The position numbers and the translations under genes are program-made. From Eledone cirrhosa (Eukaryota): 64,000 nt of DNA. A model generated the notes under the pieces. That model was not told the origin of the DNA, made no database searches, and saw only the letters and a list, made by a program, of their open reading frames with translations. Shown one piece after another: positions 40,756 to 59,902 of the stretch. Positions within the stretch are counted from its first letter, which is position 1, and every line of letters starts with the position of its first letter. The stretch is taken from positions 204,228,001-204,292,000 of the forward strand of contig OZ024742.1 in NCBI GenBank assembly GCA_964016885.1, read 5' to 3'.

Positions 40756-40828
<73 letters not shown>

Positions 40829-41451
40829 ATATATATATATATATTCTGATGAAGGACTAGCGTTTAGACCCTCTTCCTGCTATTTCAATCGTTAAACTAA
40901 TATATTCCTTCCATATACTGTACCATTTGTTTTGTTATTTCTGTTACCTTTTACATTTTCAATCACATAAATTTTTTCAATCACATAAATTTTTTCAATC
41001 ACATAAATTCTTTCAATCACATAAACTTTTTCTAAATTTTTTCAAATTTTTTCAAAAAATTTTTCAATCACAAATTTTTTCAATCACATATTTTTATTTG
41101 TTTGACCCGAATTGCTTGGTCGTTTTTATGGCGGATGATTGTTTAACCATCGTCTCAGTGTGTTTGGCCTTTAACGTATGTTGTAGCTCTGGTTCATCTG
41201 AATCATTGAGCGCTTGCCACACATCTCGGAAGTTGTTTTTCGTTAATTCCTAATCCGAAATACGATTCTCGCTAATTTATATTTATATATATATATATAT
41301 TTCGTTTCTGAATTTGTTTAGCAAGATTCTTTATCTGAAATCATGTGTTGAAACCGATATTGTTATACTTTGGGAGGGTCATGTTGCCAAGAAACAAAAT
41401 GGCGTAGTACAGAACAAAGGAGAGGCATAGAAACAAAGAAAGGAATCCCCA

Positions 41452-41494
41452 GTCACTGAAGAGGTCACAGAGTGTGTGACGAAAGAACTATGAC
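41452..41494 (+). ncRNA. Minimal hammerhead inside a ~40-bp inverted repeat (41357-41396 / 41601-41643)
   Basis: GTCA-CTGAAGA-GGTCAC..GTGAC-GAAA-GAAC-TA-TGAC. Confidence 0.65.
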
Positions 41495-41635
41495 AATATA
41501 TAAACAACTATCTGGTTGTGGAACCAACCAACCAACTAGAAATTTATAAATTTATTATAAATTTATTATGATAAATTGAAGTGAAAGCGACTGGTGCGTG
41601 TGTTTCTTATTGGCAACATGACCCTCCCAAAGTAT

Positions 41636-41682
<47 letters not shown>

Positions 41683-41747
41683 CGATGTTATATGAGTGGT
41701 AACATCTAGCATAGGCTCAGCCTCTCGGTTGGGACACTAATAGAGTA

Positions 41748-41960
<213 letters not shown>

Positions 41961-42603
41961 CGTGTGTTATACATACTGGATTTAAATGTAATCTACAAAC
42001 TGGATTTAAAACAAACTACCGAAAGCCGGATTTAAAATATCTTATACAACTGGATGCAGTAGAAATTCAACATACTAGATTAGAAAAATATTCAGAGATT
42101 GATTCCAGAAGATATTCTCATACTGGATTGCAGACGATATTTATAAATTAGGTATAAAGCTAACAACTGAATTTAGACGACGTCGATAACATTTTGAAAT
42201 ATTTAATCATTTCCTTTCTCCATATTCAATCAATACATGCTGGATTGAAAAATATCTCAGCTATTATTGGAACGAAGCTGGTCTGGGAATATTCCATATA
42301 CCGGGGGAATCAGTTTAACATGAGAATGATCTTTCAATACACAGATCGCAAGCGTTCATAGTATTCGATAAAAAGGAAATTTCCTACTCTGCTGTACTGG
42401 AAATTAACTTTCAATGTCCCAAGCCAAGTTACCTGTAGTGTCTGAGTGGTTATAAAGTTCGACTAGTAATCACCGGCTTTTGTGTTCGATCTCACTATAT
42501 ATATGATTGATGTTATATGACTGGTAACATTTAGCATAGGCTCAGCCTCTCGGCTGGGACACGTAATAGAGTAATATATATATATATATGCGTGTGTGTG
42601 TGT

Positions 42604-42693
<90 letters not shown>

Positions 42694-42816
42694 CAAGTTT
42701 CTTCTACAATGCACACAATTCAAGCAATATCCCTGTGAGTGGAATTTAGTATATGGCAACGTTGTGTGCGTACATGTATACATGTATAAACACAAACTGG
42801 CAAAAATGCAAACATA

Positions 42817-42895
<79 letters not shown>

Positions 42896-43357
42896 CATAA
42901 TAAACAGCACAATATAATTATTCCATTATTATGGAATACTTATATTGTGCTGTTTAGTATGTAATTAGATAGCTCTGCACTATACATAGAGCACGCTTCT
43001 TTCCTTTACCTTTTCTACGGAAATACATAACATATATATATATGTATGTGTGTGTGTATAATGTAGATTTATGATATATATATATATGTACATATATATA
43101 TATATATATATATTGCGATCGCCGTTTAACGTCCATTTACCACACTAGCATGGGTTAGACGAGTTGTCGCGTTGTGAGACTAGCAAGCTCAGATGAGCGT
43201 GTCCTGTTCATACAGAACTGATTTGGGCTTGGCTTCAACGGCATAACATCCTTTTAAGTCCTGACTCTCCACATGATGCCTTTGACACTAAAAACAATTA
43301 TGTACCCTAAACGTTCTGAATGACTAGGATTTTAGTCACATGTATCGACATTCCCTA

Positions 43358-43404
43358 TGCTCCGATGATTCCAGACTTCCCTCTGGAAGAAACAATTGTC
43401 AGCA
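43358..43404 (+). ncRNA. Minimal hammerhead, core CCGATGA
   Basis: TGCT-CCGATGA-TTCCAGA..TCTGGAA-GAAA-CAATTG-TC-AGCA. Confidence 0.75.
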
Positions 43405-43688
43405 AATAAATGTTCTAAACTAAAATGTGATCGTTTTAACACTTTGTATCTCGGCTCTGTAAAACACTTGAAAATTTGCATTGAGCCTTTTGTCATACCG
43501 GTAACTGGCTAGTACTTAGTACTACCCTCCATATTTATAGCTGTATTAAACATAAATAAATATAAATATTCTTATTACTATATATATATATATAACGAAG
43601 GAAATGTGGTAAGGAACCAGGTGGACCATAACAGTCCAGAATTAGCCGTCGAAACGGCTTGAGCTCAGCCGTCGGAGTCCTACTCGTT

Positions 43689-43775
<87 letters not shown>

Positions 43776-44020
43776 ATAAGGATATTTAATTTATATATAT
43801 ATTATGATATATATATATAGTAATAAAGATATTTATATTTATATATGTTTAGTACAACTATAAATATGTAGGGTAGTACTAAGTACTAGCCAGTTACCGG
43901 TATGACAAAAGGCTCAATGCAAATTTTCAAGTGTTTTACAGAGCCGAGATACAAAGTGTTAAAACGATCAAATTTTAGTTTAGAACATTTATTTGCTGAC
44001 AATTGTCAGCAAATAAATGT
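43393..44020. repeat. Inverted repeat (43393-43580 / 43817-44005) with terminal hairpin and a nested Naiad-repeat insertion (43593-43692)
   Basis: Reverse-complement arms separated by (TA)n; ACATTTATTTGCTGAC-AATT-GTCAGCAAATAAATGT hairpin. Confidence 0.9.
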
Positions 44021-44078
44021 ATATATATATACATATATATATATATACATATATATATACATATATATATACATATAG

Positions 44079-44156
<78 letters not shown>

Positions 44157-44167
44157 CACACATACAC

Positions 44168-44243
<76 letters not shown>

Positions 44244-44293
44244 AGTATGTATGTATACGTACATACATATATGTATACAGACGTACAGTAGCA

Positions 44294-44359
<66 letters not shown>

Positions 44360-44796
44360 CATACAGGTACACATACATATATGCACGCATCAGTTTAGCG
44401 GACGTTTATTATAACGCCGCTTTGTTCGTTTGTTTGTCAACAAACCGAACACCCTGAATTTATGCCATACGGTGTTAAGGCAACCACGTCACCTTTTTGT
44501 TCAACACTGACACAGGAACGATGTACTAGTTTCAAGCTTGTTAGCTATCATCAGCACCGTTTACCCATCTGCCAGATAGTTGAACGTTCGAAAGTATATA
44601 CTTTCCTTATGAAAATTAACGGCTGAGCAGCCTAATTTGCATATTGAGTGAGTTAAATCGGTCAGGCATACCGAAAACGATAAGTTGAAAAAAAATGAAA
44701 ACGAAATTTCATTTCTCACTCTTAGTATGGCACTTACTTAAATATAAGTATGTATGCATACGTACATACATATATGTATACAGACGTACAGTAGCA

Positions 44797-44854
<58 letters not shown>

Positions 44855-44932
44855 TACATACAGGTACACATACATATATGCACGCTAAACTGATGCGTGC
44901 ATATAAGTATGTGTACCTGTATGTATATATGC

Positions 44933-45038
<106 letters not shown>

Positions 45039-45507
45039 CATTATAAAGAAAGAAGAAACATTAGACATGAATAAAAAAATAAATACCCATTATTTATCCC
45101 TATAAGTATACCTATCAATTAATTTAATTTCTTGTTATAGATCTAAATTCCTTGTATTTTAAATAAGATTGGTATTTCTGACTAACACCTTTACTCTAAA
45201 ATTTTATTCTTCTTCGGTAACATTATTCTTTAATAGCATCAAATGTTCGTGTACCCTTCATCAACTTGACCTCTTTTCATCCCCAAAGTATTCTTTTCAT
45301 TCAAAGTATTCTTTTCATTCAAAGTATTCTTTCCATTCAAAACTGAAGTCTGCATTCCTCTACCTCTAAATTAAATTTCTACTACTACTATTCTATCAAC
45401 TTGACCACTTGCTACTTTTCTATTGGTCAATTCAAAACCTGTTCCCAAACAGACCTATTATATTAAATCTTTGTTGGTTTTTTTGAATAAACAAATATCA
45501 TTATTTC

Positions 45508-45597
45508 TAACTTTGCCTTTCATCCTTACGGGGTCGATAAAATAAAGTACCAGTAATGTACTGGGTGATTGCTGGCCTTGTGCCAATAGTAGAAACA
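45508..45597 (+). mobile_element. 5'-truncated family A SINE with TSD
   Basis: ATTATTTCT on both sides; SINE 3' half. Confidence 0.8.
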
Positions 45598-45733
45598 ATT
45601 ATTTCTGAAGACAGCATATATATGTGAAGGTATGTATATTTCCTCGGAAAGTTTGTAAAATATGTTTACATAGATCTATATGATATACATACCAACACAC
45701 ACATATATATCCTAGAAACGATCGTAAAATGAT
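45598..45733 (+). ncRNA. Hammerhead with very long stem II
   Basis: ATTATTT-CTGAAGA-CAGCATATATATGTG..CACATATATATCCTA-GAAA-CGATCG-TA-AAATGAT. Confidence 0.75.
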
Positions 45734-45890
45734 GAATTTTTTAATATAAGGAACTTGTTCTTTGTTTTTCTTGATTGTTTTTATTAATTTATTTTGACTC
45801 GAAAATTTTTGAATGCATCCTCTCTTTTCATGATATTTGGATTACATTGAGTTCTTCATACGGATTGGACACTACCGTATATTTTGGTAG

Positions 45891-45955
<65 letters not shown>

Positions 45956-45988
45956 GAAAATTGCAAACTTGACTGTCACCACATATTA

Positions 45989-46027
45989 TGAACCTGAAGA
46001 TTGCGAAAGCATGAAAGTACTTGTTCA
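45989..46027 (+). ncRNA. Minimal hammerhead
   Basis: TGAAC-CTGAAGA-TTGC-GAAA-GCAT-GAAA-GTAC-TT-GTTCA. Confidence 0.75.
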
Positions 46028-46185
46028 ATTAACACTTAGAATTTAATATTCTATCATACTATTTCATTATAATACCATTATATATATTTTAAAGGATTGT
46101 AAATAAAACGAGTAAATCAGACAAAGTTGGAATTCCTCTTATTAATATAATCTTCTATACACAATCATACACACCCCTGTATATT

Positions 46186-46253
<68 letters not shown>

Positions 46254-46371
46254 CGTTAAGAACTCAGCCGTCGGCGCCCCGACTGTTTATGACATAACCA
46301 TACTCTTCTATCCCAAGTATCGTGTACTCTATGGTTTAACCAGTTTCAAACTTAATCCATCCTGATTTATA

Positions 46372-46436
<65 letters not shown>

Positions 46437-46441
<5 letters not shown>

Positions 46442-46730
46442 GAAATTAGAAATCATAAGCTTTCACCGTATTTTAGACTAAAGACATTTCTAGCCTGATA
46501 GTGGGGTTTATAACCCTCGGAGAAATGGAAAAAGATGAGTGTTGCCGTACATGAGTGTTCCCATGTACGGCAACACTCATCTTTTTCCATTTCTCCGAGG
46601 GTTATAAACCCCACTATCAGGCTAGAAATGTCTTTAGTCTAAAATACGGTGAAAGCTTATAATTTCTAATTTCTAATTTCAAACTCGCGCACCGTTTCAA
46701 AAACATACTTACATGTTTACGTTTATAATT

Positions 46731-46735
<5 letters not shown>
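46437..46735. repeat. Fold-back insertion with ~117-bp arms in (TA)n
   Basis: Arms 46437-46553 and 46562-46678, 8-nt spacer; same family as 59523-59757. Confidence 0.92.
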
Positions 46736-46827
<92 letters not shown>

Positions 46828-46844
46828 ACACATATATATATATA

Positions 46845-47391
46845 TATATATTTCGATGATAGCCATTGAATGGCTATGACCTCATCCGGCAGTTAGCCAG
46901 TTCTTAGATATGCCAGCTCTGTGTGTATAGTGTTGATGGTATCAGAGCCTTGGGACATATGAGCTTGTTTGATTTTCACAAAAGGCATTCTTGTTCAGAT
47001 ATATTTTCAAATAAGGTTAATAGTATGAAATAGATACTACAGGTCATTCTTAAATTGAGGGATTTATGTGGAGTGGTGCTACTGAAAATTATGGTTGGAG
47101 TAGAAACTTTACAAATAAAAAGGCTTATGTAGGTTGGCTTGCACTACACTCACACCCACCTCCACAGACACACACATCCACACATACAAAAAGTGGGGTA
47201 GTAATACTTAATATAATGGTTAGAGTCCAATACTTAGATAGTTTAGAAAATTTAGAAATAAAAGTTTATGCTGGTTCACTTGTACATACACTCACACCTA
47301 CCCCCTCAAACACTCACACATCTACACACACAAATCCATACAGGTGTGTATATATATATATATATGCATGCATGAATGTACGCACAAGTAT

Positions 47392-47459
<68 letters not shown>

Positions 47460-48211
47460 TATATATACACAGAACATACATATATATAAAATATATACAT
47501 ACAAAAATATAAAAAATATATATATACATAGAATACACACACACACACAAAATATATACACACGTAAAACATACATATATATTAAAAAAATACACACACA
47601 CATACACACATATATATATAAAATAGATACATACAGATACGCACACATATATAAAATACGCATACATACACATAAAATACACTTATATATACACATGATA
47701 CATATATATATAAAATTATGTTCAATAAAACATTGTTTAGATGACTCCTAACCAGTAGAGGATCCGGTGGACCATCCACCATAGGGACCGCAAACCATGG
47801 GTGGTTGTTGTTGTCCATTGGTCATTGTTGGTACGGAGTGTAGGGGGGGGGGGCTTGTGGGAGGCCGTAACCGGGGTTTATCCATATAGCTTGAGGAAAG
47901 TTCCCGTCCTTAGGTGTCTGCAGGCACCGAATAGGTCCGCCCTAATGTTTAATAGCTTGGTTCCGCCATGAAGAACCTCGAGTGTCTCACTAAGACAGAG
48001 CTTGCAAATACCAGACCCGCCTCTGTCTGGGGGAACCTTTCTAACCACGTACCAGACCAGAGAGTGCGGGGTCTTTTCAAGTTTGAGCTTCCAGATCAAT
48101 TCAGAAAGGGTCGTACATTTCCTCTTATCTATTCTGTTAAAGGAATGGCGATGATTATACCACCGACCTTTGAAGCTCGTCGCTGTGGATCCTATGTAGT
48201 GGCGCTCCGAG

Positions 48212-48213
<2 letters not shown>
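46845..48213 (-). mobile_element. Short Naiad-type PLE 3' fragment (GIY-YIG C-terminus, UTR, HHR-like motif at 46845-46892)
   Basis: HYIGSTATSFKGRWYNHRHSF..IWKLK..CKLCLSET..CRH; CGGATGA-GGTCATAGCCA..TGGCTATCATC-GAAA-TATATA. Confidence 0.85.
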
Positions 48214-48244
<31 letters not shown>

Positions 48245-49990
48245 TGTGTGTGTATAAAATATATTTTTGATTTCGACTAGAATGCTAATTGGAACAGTTT
48301 AAACCTCTCAACATTTCGATGAATAGCTATATGATCAGTGATAAATTGATTGATTGATTTCTAAGAGGAGCTAAGGTTCATATTAACATTCATTCTGCAT
48401 CAAGATATCAATTTTCACATCTCGATCACGTGATGATAACTATGACAGATTGCTGTTTGTTTGTAACGATAAGCATTTTGTTGTTGTTGTTTAGTCCCAG
48501 GTCGACCCTAACCGAGTTGATGTATGATCAAAAGCATTCCAGGCGTGACCATGCCCTCAGAGAAATTTATTTAACACAACATCCAATGTTTTTGTTTGTT
48601 CTGGTTTTTTTTTTTTCAATTTTTAAGACAGTACAATGTATTTTCAGGGAGATTTGGTTTCTATATCTAGCACATGCAGTAACCATATGGAGGTCTCCTT
48701 TGTGGCTCTGTGGCAAGTTATTTTTCCTTGTAAACATCATTGTAGACCTACTTGAGAGTGAGTTCTTGTATGTGTAGGATCTTTATATACGACAGACAGA
48801 CATTAATTAATATATGATAGACAGGCTAATCAATATATGAAAGACAGGCTAATTAATATATGATAGACAGACTAATCAATATATGAAAAACAGGCTAATT
48901 AATATGCAATAGACAGGCTACTGTCACAATATGTTCAATATTCAAGTCGATAATCTGACTGGCTAAACAACAACAGCAGCAACAACAACGACAACGGCAA
49001 CAACAGCAGCAACAACAACGACAACGACGACAGCAACGACGACGACAACAACAGTAATAAGGACAACACCAATGTATCACGTGATGTTTGTTACATTTGA
49101 GATAAATAGATAGATAGAAGCATAACTACATCTTAAAGAAGGCGCCTCAGATTCATTCACCTTCAGTGATGTTATCAGACGGTGTCCAATGTTCCTTGGG
49201 TATTGCGACCCTTAACCGTAACACCCTTTCATTTATGGGTCTGCAATGGTGACGAAACTACTGCCCATCTTTTCATCATGGCTTCCAGTTTATCTCCTCT
49301 CTCCTGCTCTATAATCAATAAGAGGTCCTTTCCGCTGTCTCTCTTTTCTTGTACAATTTCTGTTTATCAAATTTCACGCACAGGAATTTGATCAAGCAAG
49401 ACCTACTCTAGAAGACGCTTTGCCCAAGTTGCCTCGCAGTATACCAGTCATGAAAGGGTTTTGATATCAATTTTTCCTCCCTACCCTATAAATTCACACC
49501 CTTTCTTCTGCGCTTTCTACTACGATCAATAAAATAATTGCCAATAATGTCCTATGTTCGATTAAATCGATTACATGCCCCTCCTAAAATTGGTAAACTT
49601 TTTCTAAAGGGAAAAATCAATACGATTACTATTGTATAGTTTTCTTTCTATCTGAGAATTTCATTGAAACTGAGGTCGTCTTTTATATACTCTGTGTATG
49701 TCACATATGCAAATTAAAATTAATTTAGTAAATCATATCTGAATCATATCTATAATATGAGTATTGAAATCTTCTTTGATGTGACGTAAAATGTATGATA
49801 CAGTCTATTTTAGGTGTTAAACAAATAGAGGCAGTATTATATATGAGTAAATGATGTTGGCTGAACTGAGAAACAGTTTCTAGATTCTCCTTTGATAAAA
49901 CAGACAGTGTGTTAATGTTAAATGTACAAAGGAAAGTCTGTATACATCACCCCTGCTGGATAGACTGACACAGTCTCGAGTGAGTGCCGC

Positions 49991-55090
<5,100 letters not shown>

Positions 55091-55113
55091 CATTATTATT
55101 ATTATTATTATTA

Positions 55114-56575
55114 CAGTTGCATTTATCTTGCTTTATGTTCATACGAGTTATCACCAAGTCACAACCAGTGACCTCAAGAGACAACAAGGTCCGCCATATT
55201 CAAGGAAGAACATACATACTCACACATGCATCTTTAGTGTTTAGACTTGTGATGTACTTATATTGACAGAATCTTCCTTAGTATATGGGCAGTTCCCATT
55301 AGTACTATCTTTTGTATTTCTCCTATACGCGGGTTTCCTGGGATCTGCGATAAGTAATCATTAGACCCCTTCGGTATCATTCCCAGAGCGCCTACAACCA
55401 CTGGTATTGTTTTAGTTCTCAATTTCCACATTTTTCCAATTTCTATCTCCAGGTCCTTATACTTGCTCAATTTTTCAAATGTTTTTATAGATACATTCTT
55501 GTCTATTGGAACAGACATATCAATTAGCAGGCATACCCTCTTTTTAAAGTCCTTCAATATTATATCAGGTCTATTTGCATCTATTTTTCGGTCTGTTTGG
55601 ATGCTAAAGTTCCACAAGATTGAGATGTGATCTTTTTCAAGTATGGGAGGTGGTTGATGCTCCCACCAATTCTTTTGATGGGGCAGGTCAAAATGCTTAC
55701 ACATTATCCAATGTATGTATTGTGCAGCTCTGTCATGTTTAGGTATTCGGTTGGAGCTATAGGACTGCACATTGAAATTATATGGTCAATGGTCTCTGGT
55801 TGTTTTTTGCATACACGGCATAATGGGCTGCATCCATTTTTTATTATGTTGGCTTGGTAATTTTTTGTTGGCAGACACTGATCTTGTGCTGATATAATCA
55901 GTCCTTCAGTCTCCGATTTCAGTCCAGAGGATGCCAACCACTGATGGGTTAAAGTTTTGTCAACATCAGGATTGTTAGCTCGCTCTGGGTATTTTCCATA
56001 CAGAGGCTTTTCTTGCCATTTCTTAGCCAGTTTCTGTAGCAGTTCTTTCTTTGCAGTTAATTTTACCTGCTTTGCTTTTTCTGTGTTTTCCATTTCAGCA
56101 GTAAATGGGACTTCTGAAATTTGTAGTCCACTACTGTATCTTTGTGCATCTTTTGTAATGGAATATGATTTTTTGATGCTTTCGTGTTTCAAAACGAGTT
56201 TGATCATCCAATCATGTGATTTCCTTAGATATGTAGATAATCCAATTGTTGCAGTTTTCAACGCAATGTCTAACTGGATTAACCCACGTCCTCCTTCTTT
56301 CCTAGGGAGATATATTATATCTATATCTGCCTTAGGGTGATGCATTCTGTGCATGGTTAAGAATTTTCGAATTTTTGTATCGAGCCTACGGATCTCTGTG
56401 CTTGACCAGTTGATGACATTGTAACTGTAGGTTACTACTGGTATGGCAAGCGTGTTTATGGCATCGATCCTATTCCTTGCATTCAATTCCGTTCTTAAGA
56501 TTGCTCTTACTCTGCGGTAACATTCCTTCCTTATCCTTTCCCTCATTGTCGAGTGCTTGATTCCGTCTCCTTCAC
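55114..56575 (-). mobile_element. 5'-truncated Dong-like (R4 clade) LINE
   Basis: YLPRKEGGRGL, CRVC..H..C, RPDIILKD..LIDMSVP; one frameshift; 3' end joins (TAA)n. Confidence 0.93.
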
Positions 56576-56641
56576 AAACAAGGGAAGATAATAAAGAAGT
56601 CCTTGAGGCTTTCTACACTGCCATGTACTACCCATCAAATA

Positions 56642-56681
<40 letters not shown>

Positions 56682-56682
<1 letters not shown>

Positions 56683-59076
56683 CTTGAATCTCAGTCATTG
56701 ATGTTGGTTAACTGGAAAGTCCGTTGGATTGAATATCAAGCCACTACCTGCAGCCTCAGATATTCAGGACGTATCGGAGGGTTCTTGCCGTTCCAAGCAA
56801 GCATGCCTTTTGAAGCGTTCCAAAAAGCGTGAAGGGGCCGATTTTCTTTAACCATCCCTGGAAACCTTTGGAGATAGTCCCCAGTGCGCCTATGACAATC
56901 GGGATCACTTTGACTTCATGGCAGTTCCAAATCCTTTTCACCTCCCACTTTAGGTCCTGGTATCGGTTAATTTTCTCCCTCTCCTTCTCTTGCACTCTCG
57001 TGTCGAACGGGCAGGCCACATCCACAATCAGGCACGATCTTTTTTCTTTGTCCACAACCACCAGGTCAGGTCTATTGTGTTCCAGTTTTTTGTCCGTCTG
57101 TATCCTAAAATCCCACAGCACCTTCACCTGACTGTTCTCCATCACCGCCTCTGGCCTATGCTCATACCATTTCTCAGAATGTGGTAGATTGTTTACTTTG
57201 CACAGGTGCCAGTGGATCACCCTGCCCGTCACATCGTGTCTCCAGCCCTTATAGTGGGTCTGGGCTAGGTGTTTACACTCGGACACAATGTGAGCCACAG
57301 TCTCCTCTCTCTCTCCACAGATCCTGCACAGTGGGCTAGCCTCTTCCTTGTAGATATGGTGCTTCAACCACTTCGTTTTGAGGGCCTGCTCCTGCGCAGC
57401 CATTAGCATTCCTTCTGTAGCCTTTTTGAGGTCTCCTCTTCTCAACCAGTTCCATGTCTGTGGATCTCTAAATTCAGTTTTCTCAAAGAAGGTACTATGA
57501 AGGGATTTTCCCTTAAGGCTGCTCTTCCTCCTTGATGTTATTTCCTCCTTGGGTATCCCCTGGCCTACTGTCCCCTCCTTCAGTACAGCTCTGAGCATTG
57601 GCTCCTTACTATAGGTCACGTATTTGTATAGGTTGTTTTTCTCCATCTGAACACAGTCCTCTATGCTGATAAGACCTCTTCCACCCTCAGATCTCCTTAG
57701 GTAGAGTCTATCGACATCACTCCTCTTGTGGAACATGTTGTAGATAGTCAATAGCTTCCTAGTCTTCCTATCCATTTCTTTTTGTTCAGCAACATTCCAT
57801 CTCAGAATTCCCGCACTGTACCTAATAATAGACACAGCTCGGGAATTTACTGCGCTTATGGCATTTCTGCTGTTCAGATGTGACTTCAATACGCTCCTTA
57901 CTCTCCGAATGTATTCAGTTCTTAACAATTCCTTCATTTTTTTGTTCTTTATGCCATCAGCCTCCAGAACGCCCAAATACTTGTATCCTTCCTCAGAGTC
58001 AATTTCCTTTATCATCTCACCTGTTGGTATCTGGATCCCGTTACTTCTGCTCAACCTACCCCTCCTCATCACAATGACTCCACATTTACCAATACCAAAC
58101 TGCATACATATATCACTGCTGAAAATACGGACAGTGTCAACAAGCACATCCAACTCCTTCTCACTTTTCCCGAAGAGCTTAAGATCGTCCATGAAGAGGA
58201 GGTGATTGATGGTAAGCTCTCCCCTTCCCAACTTGTATCCTGCTCTCACTTTTCGCAGCATAATGGTCAAGGGCATCAGGGCAAGGACAAACAACAGAGG
58301 GGACAGGCTATCTCCCTGGAAGATACCTCTCTTGATCTTCACGCTTCCCAAGGATACTCCAGTTGATGTCAACTCTGTCTCCCAGGACCCCATACTCCTG
58401 CCCAGCAACTGTCTGATGTTATCTGCCACCCTGAAGATCTCCAGGCTTTTGGTGATCCAGGAATGAGGCACCATGTCAAATGCCTTTCTGTAGTCTATCC
58501 ATCCCATGGCAAGATCAGTGTGTCTCCTCCTGCAATTCCCCATTACCATCTTATCAATAAGCAACTGGTCCTTTGTACCACGTGACTTCTTTCGGCATCC
58601 TTTCTGTTCGTCCGGCAACAAGTTGTTTGTGTGGAGGTGATGGTAGATTTCCTCAGACACAATGCTCGTCAACAGTTTCCACATTACGGGCAGACATGTG
58701 ATAGGTCTATAGTTGGTAACATCATTACCCTTGATTCGGTCTTTCATTATCAGAACTGTGGTACCTTTTGTCAACCACTCTGGCACCTCACCCGACACCA
58801 AGCAGTCATTGAACATGGCCGTCAGCTTCGGGTGGAGGGATGTTAAATGTCTAATCCAATACCCCTGCACACCATCTGGGCCTGGTGATTTCCAGTTGGT
58901 TAGTTTTTTGGCTTGCCCCTTAAGAGTTTCAACTGTGATACTCAAATCAGTCTGTTGCTGTGCCTGCTCACCGATCTCCCTCTGTACTGTCTCAATCCAC
59001 CCTGCCTGGGCATTGTGTCTAGCATCCTGCTCCCATATTCCTCTCCAGAATGTTTTAGCTTGTTCCGCCCCAGGGA
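56682..59076 (-). mobile_element. Young 5'-truncated Dong-like (R4 clade) LINE, uninterrupted ORF 56756-59076
   Basis: NYRPITCL, DYRKAFDMVPH, GIFQGDSLSP, LFMDDLK, CRIC..H..C, RPDLVV..DVACP; (TAA)n on both sides. Confidence 0.96.
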
Positions 59077-59125
<49 letters not shown>

Positions 59126-59280
59126 ATAACAATATTCGTGTATGTATATATGTGGGAGTAAAGTGAGTTTGCAGGGTCGTTGGAGAGCAAGATGGAATGC
59201 TTTGCGGTATATGTTCCGACTCCCTGTACCGCTGCCTACCCTTTTTTCAAGATCAATGAACATAGTAGCATTGCAGAGAG

Positions 59281-59320
<40 letters not shown>

Positions 59321-59325
<5 letters not shown>

Positions 59326-59510
59326 AAAAAGTATGACCCCGACGACAGAGCTCAAGCCATTTCGACGGCTATTTCTAGACATAGCTGTCGAAACGGCTTG
59401 AGCTCTCCCTCGGGGTCATACTTTTTCCTATTACTCACTCTACTACCCTAAGTATTGAGTACTGTGGTGCGTTATCGTCCATCTGGTTCCTTACCACAAA
59501 TCCTTCGTTA
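59321..59510. mobile_element. Head-to-head fold-back insertion of the Naiad terminal repeat
   Basis: Antisense arm TAGGAAAAAG..TTCTAGAC followed by a sense arm running to CCTTCGTTA. Confidence 0.88.
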
Positions 59511-59522
59511 CATATATATATA

Positions 59523-59757
59523 TCAAGTAAGTATGTTTTGAAACAGTGAGCGAGTTTGAAATTAGAATATATATAGCTTTCACCGTATTTTTAACTAAAG
59601 GAATTTTAGCTTGATAACGGGGTTTAGAACCCTCAGATAAATGGAAAAAGATGAGTATTGACGTCAATACTCATCTTTTTCCATTTATCTGAGGGTTCTA
59701 AACACCGTTATAAAGCTAAAATTCCTACAGTTAAAAATACGGTGAAAGCTATATATA
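59523..59757. repeat. Spacer-less fold-back centred on GACGTC
   Basis: Arms 59567-59662 / 59663-59757; same family as 46437. Confidence 0.92.
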
Positions 59758-59902
59758 TATATATATATATATGTGAAAAAATGGGGAGAAGAATACTGCA
59801 GGTTGCACATGGATATATATATATATGTGTGTGTGTAGAGGTTATTTTTAATTTGTTGGGATACAACAACCAAAATATTTTTATAACTGATTATTGGAGT
59901 AA

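Noticed and set aside
59077-59263. N-terminal extension of the 835-aa ORF, and the similar MYICIY start of the 524-aa ORF
   Set aside because: Read-through of (AAT)n or (TA)n flanks; both elements are 5'-truncated
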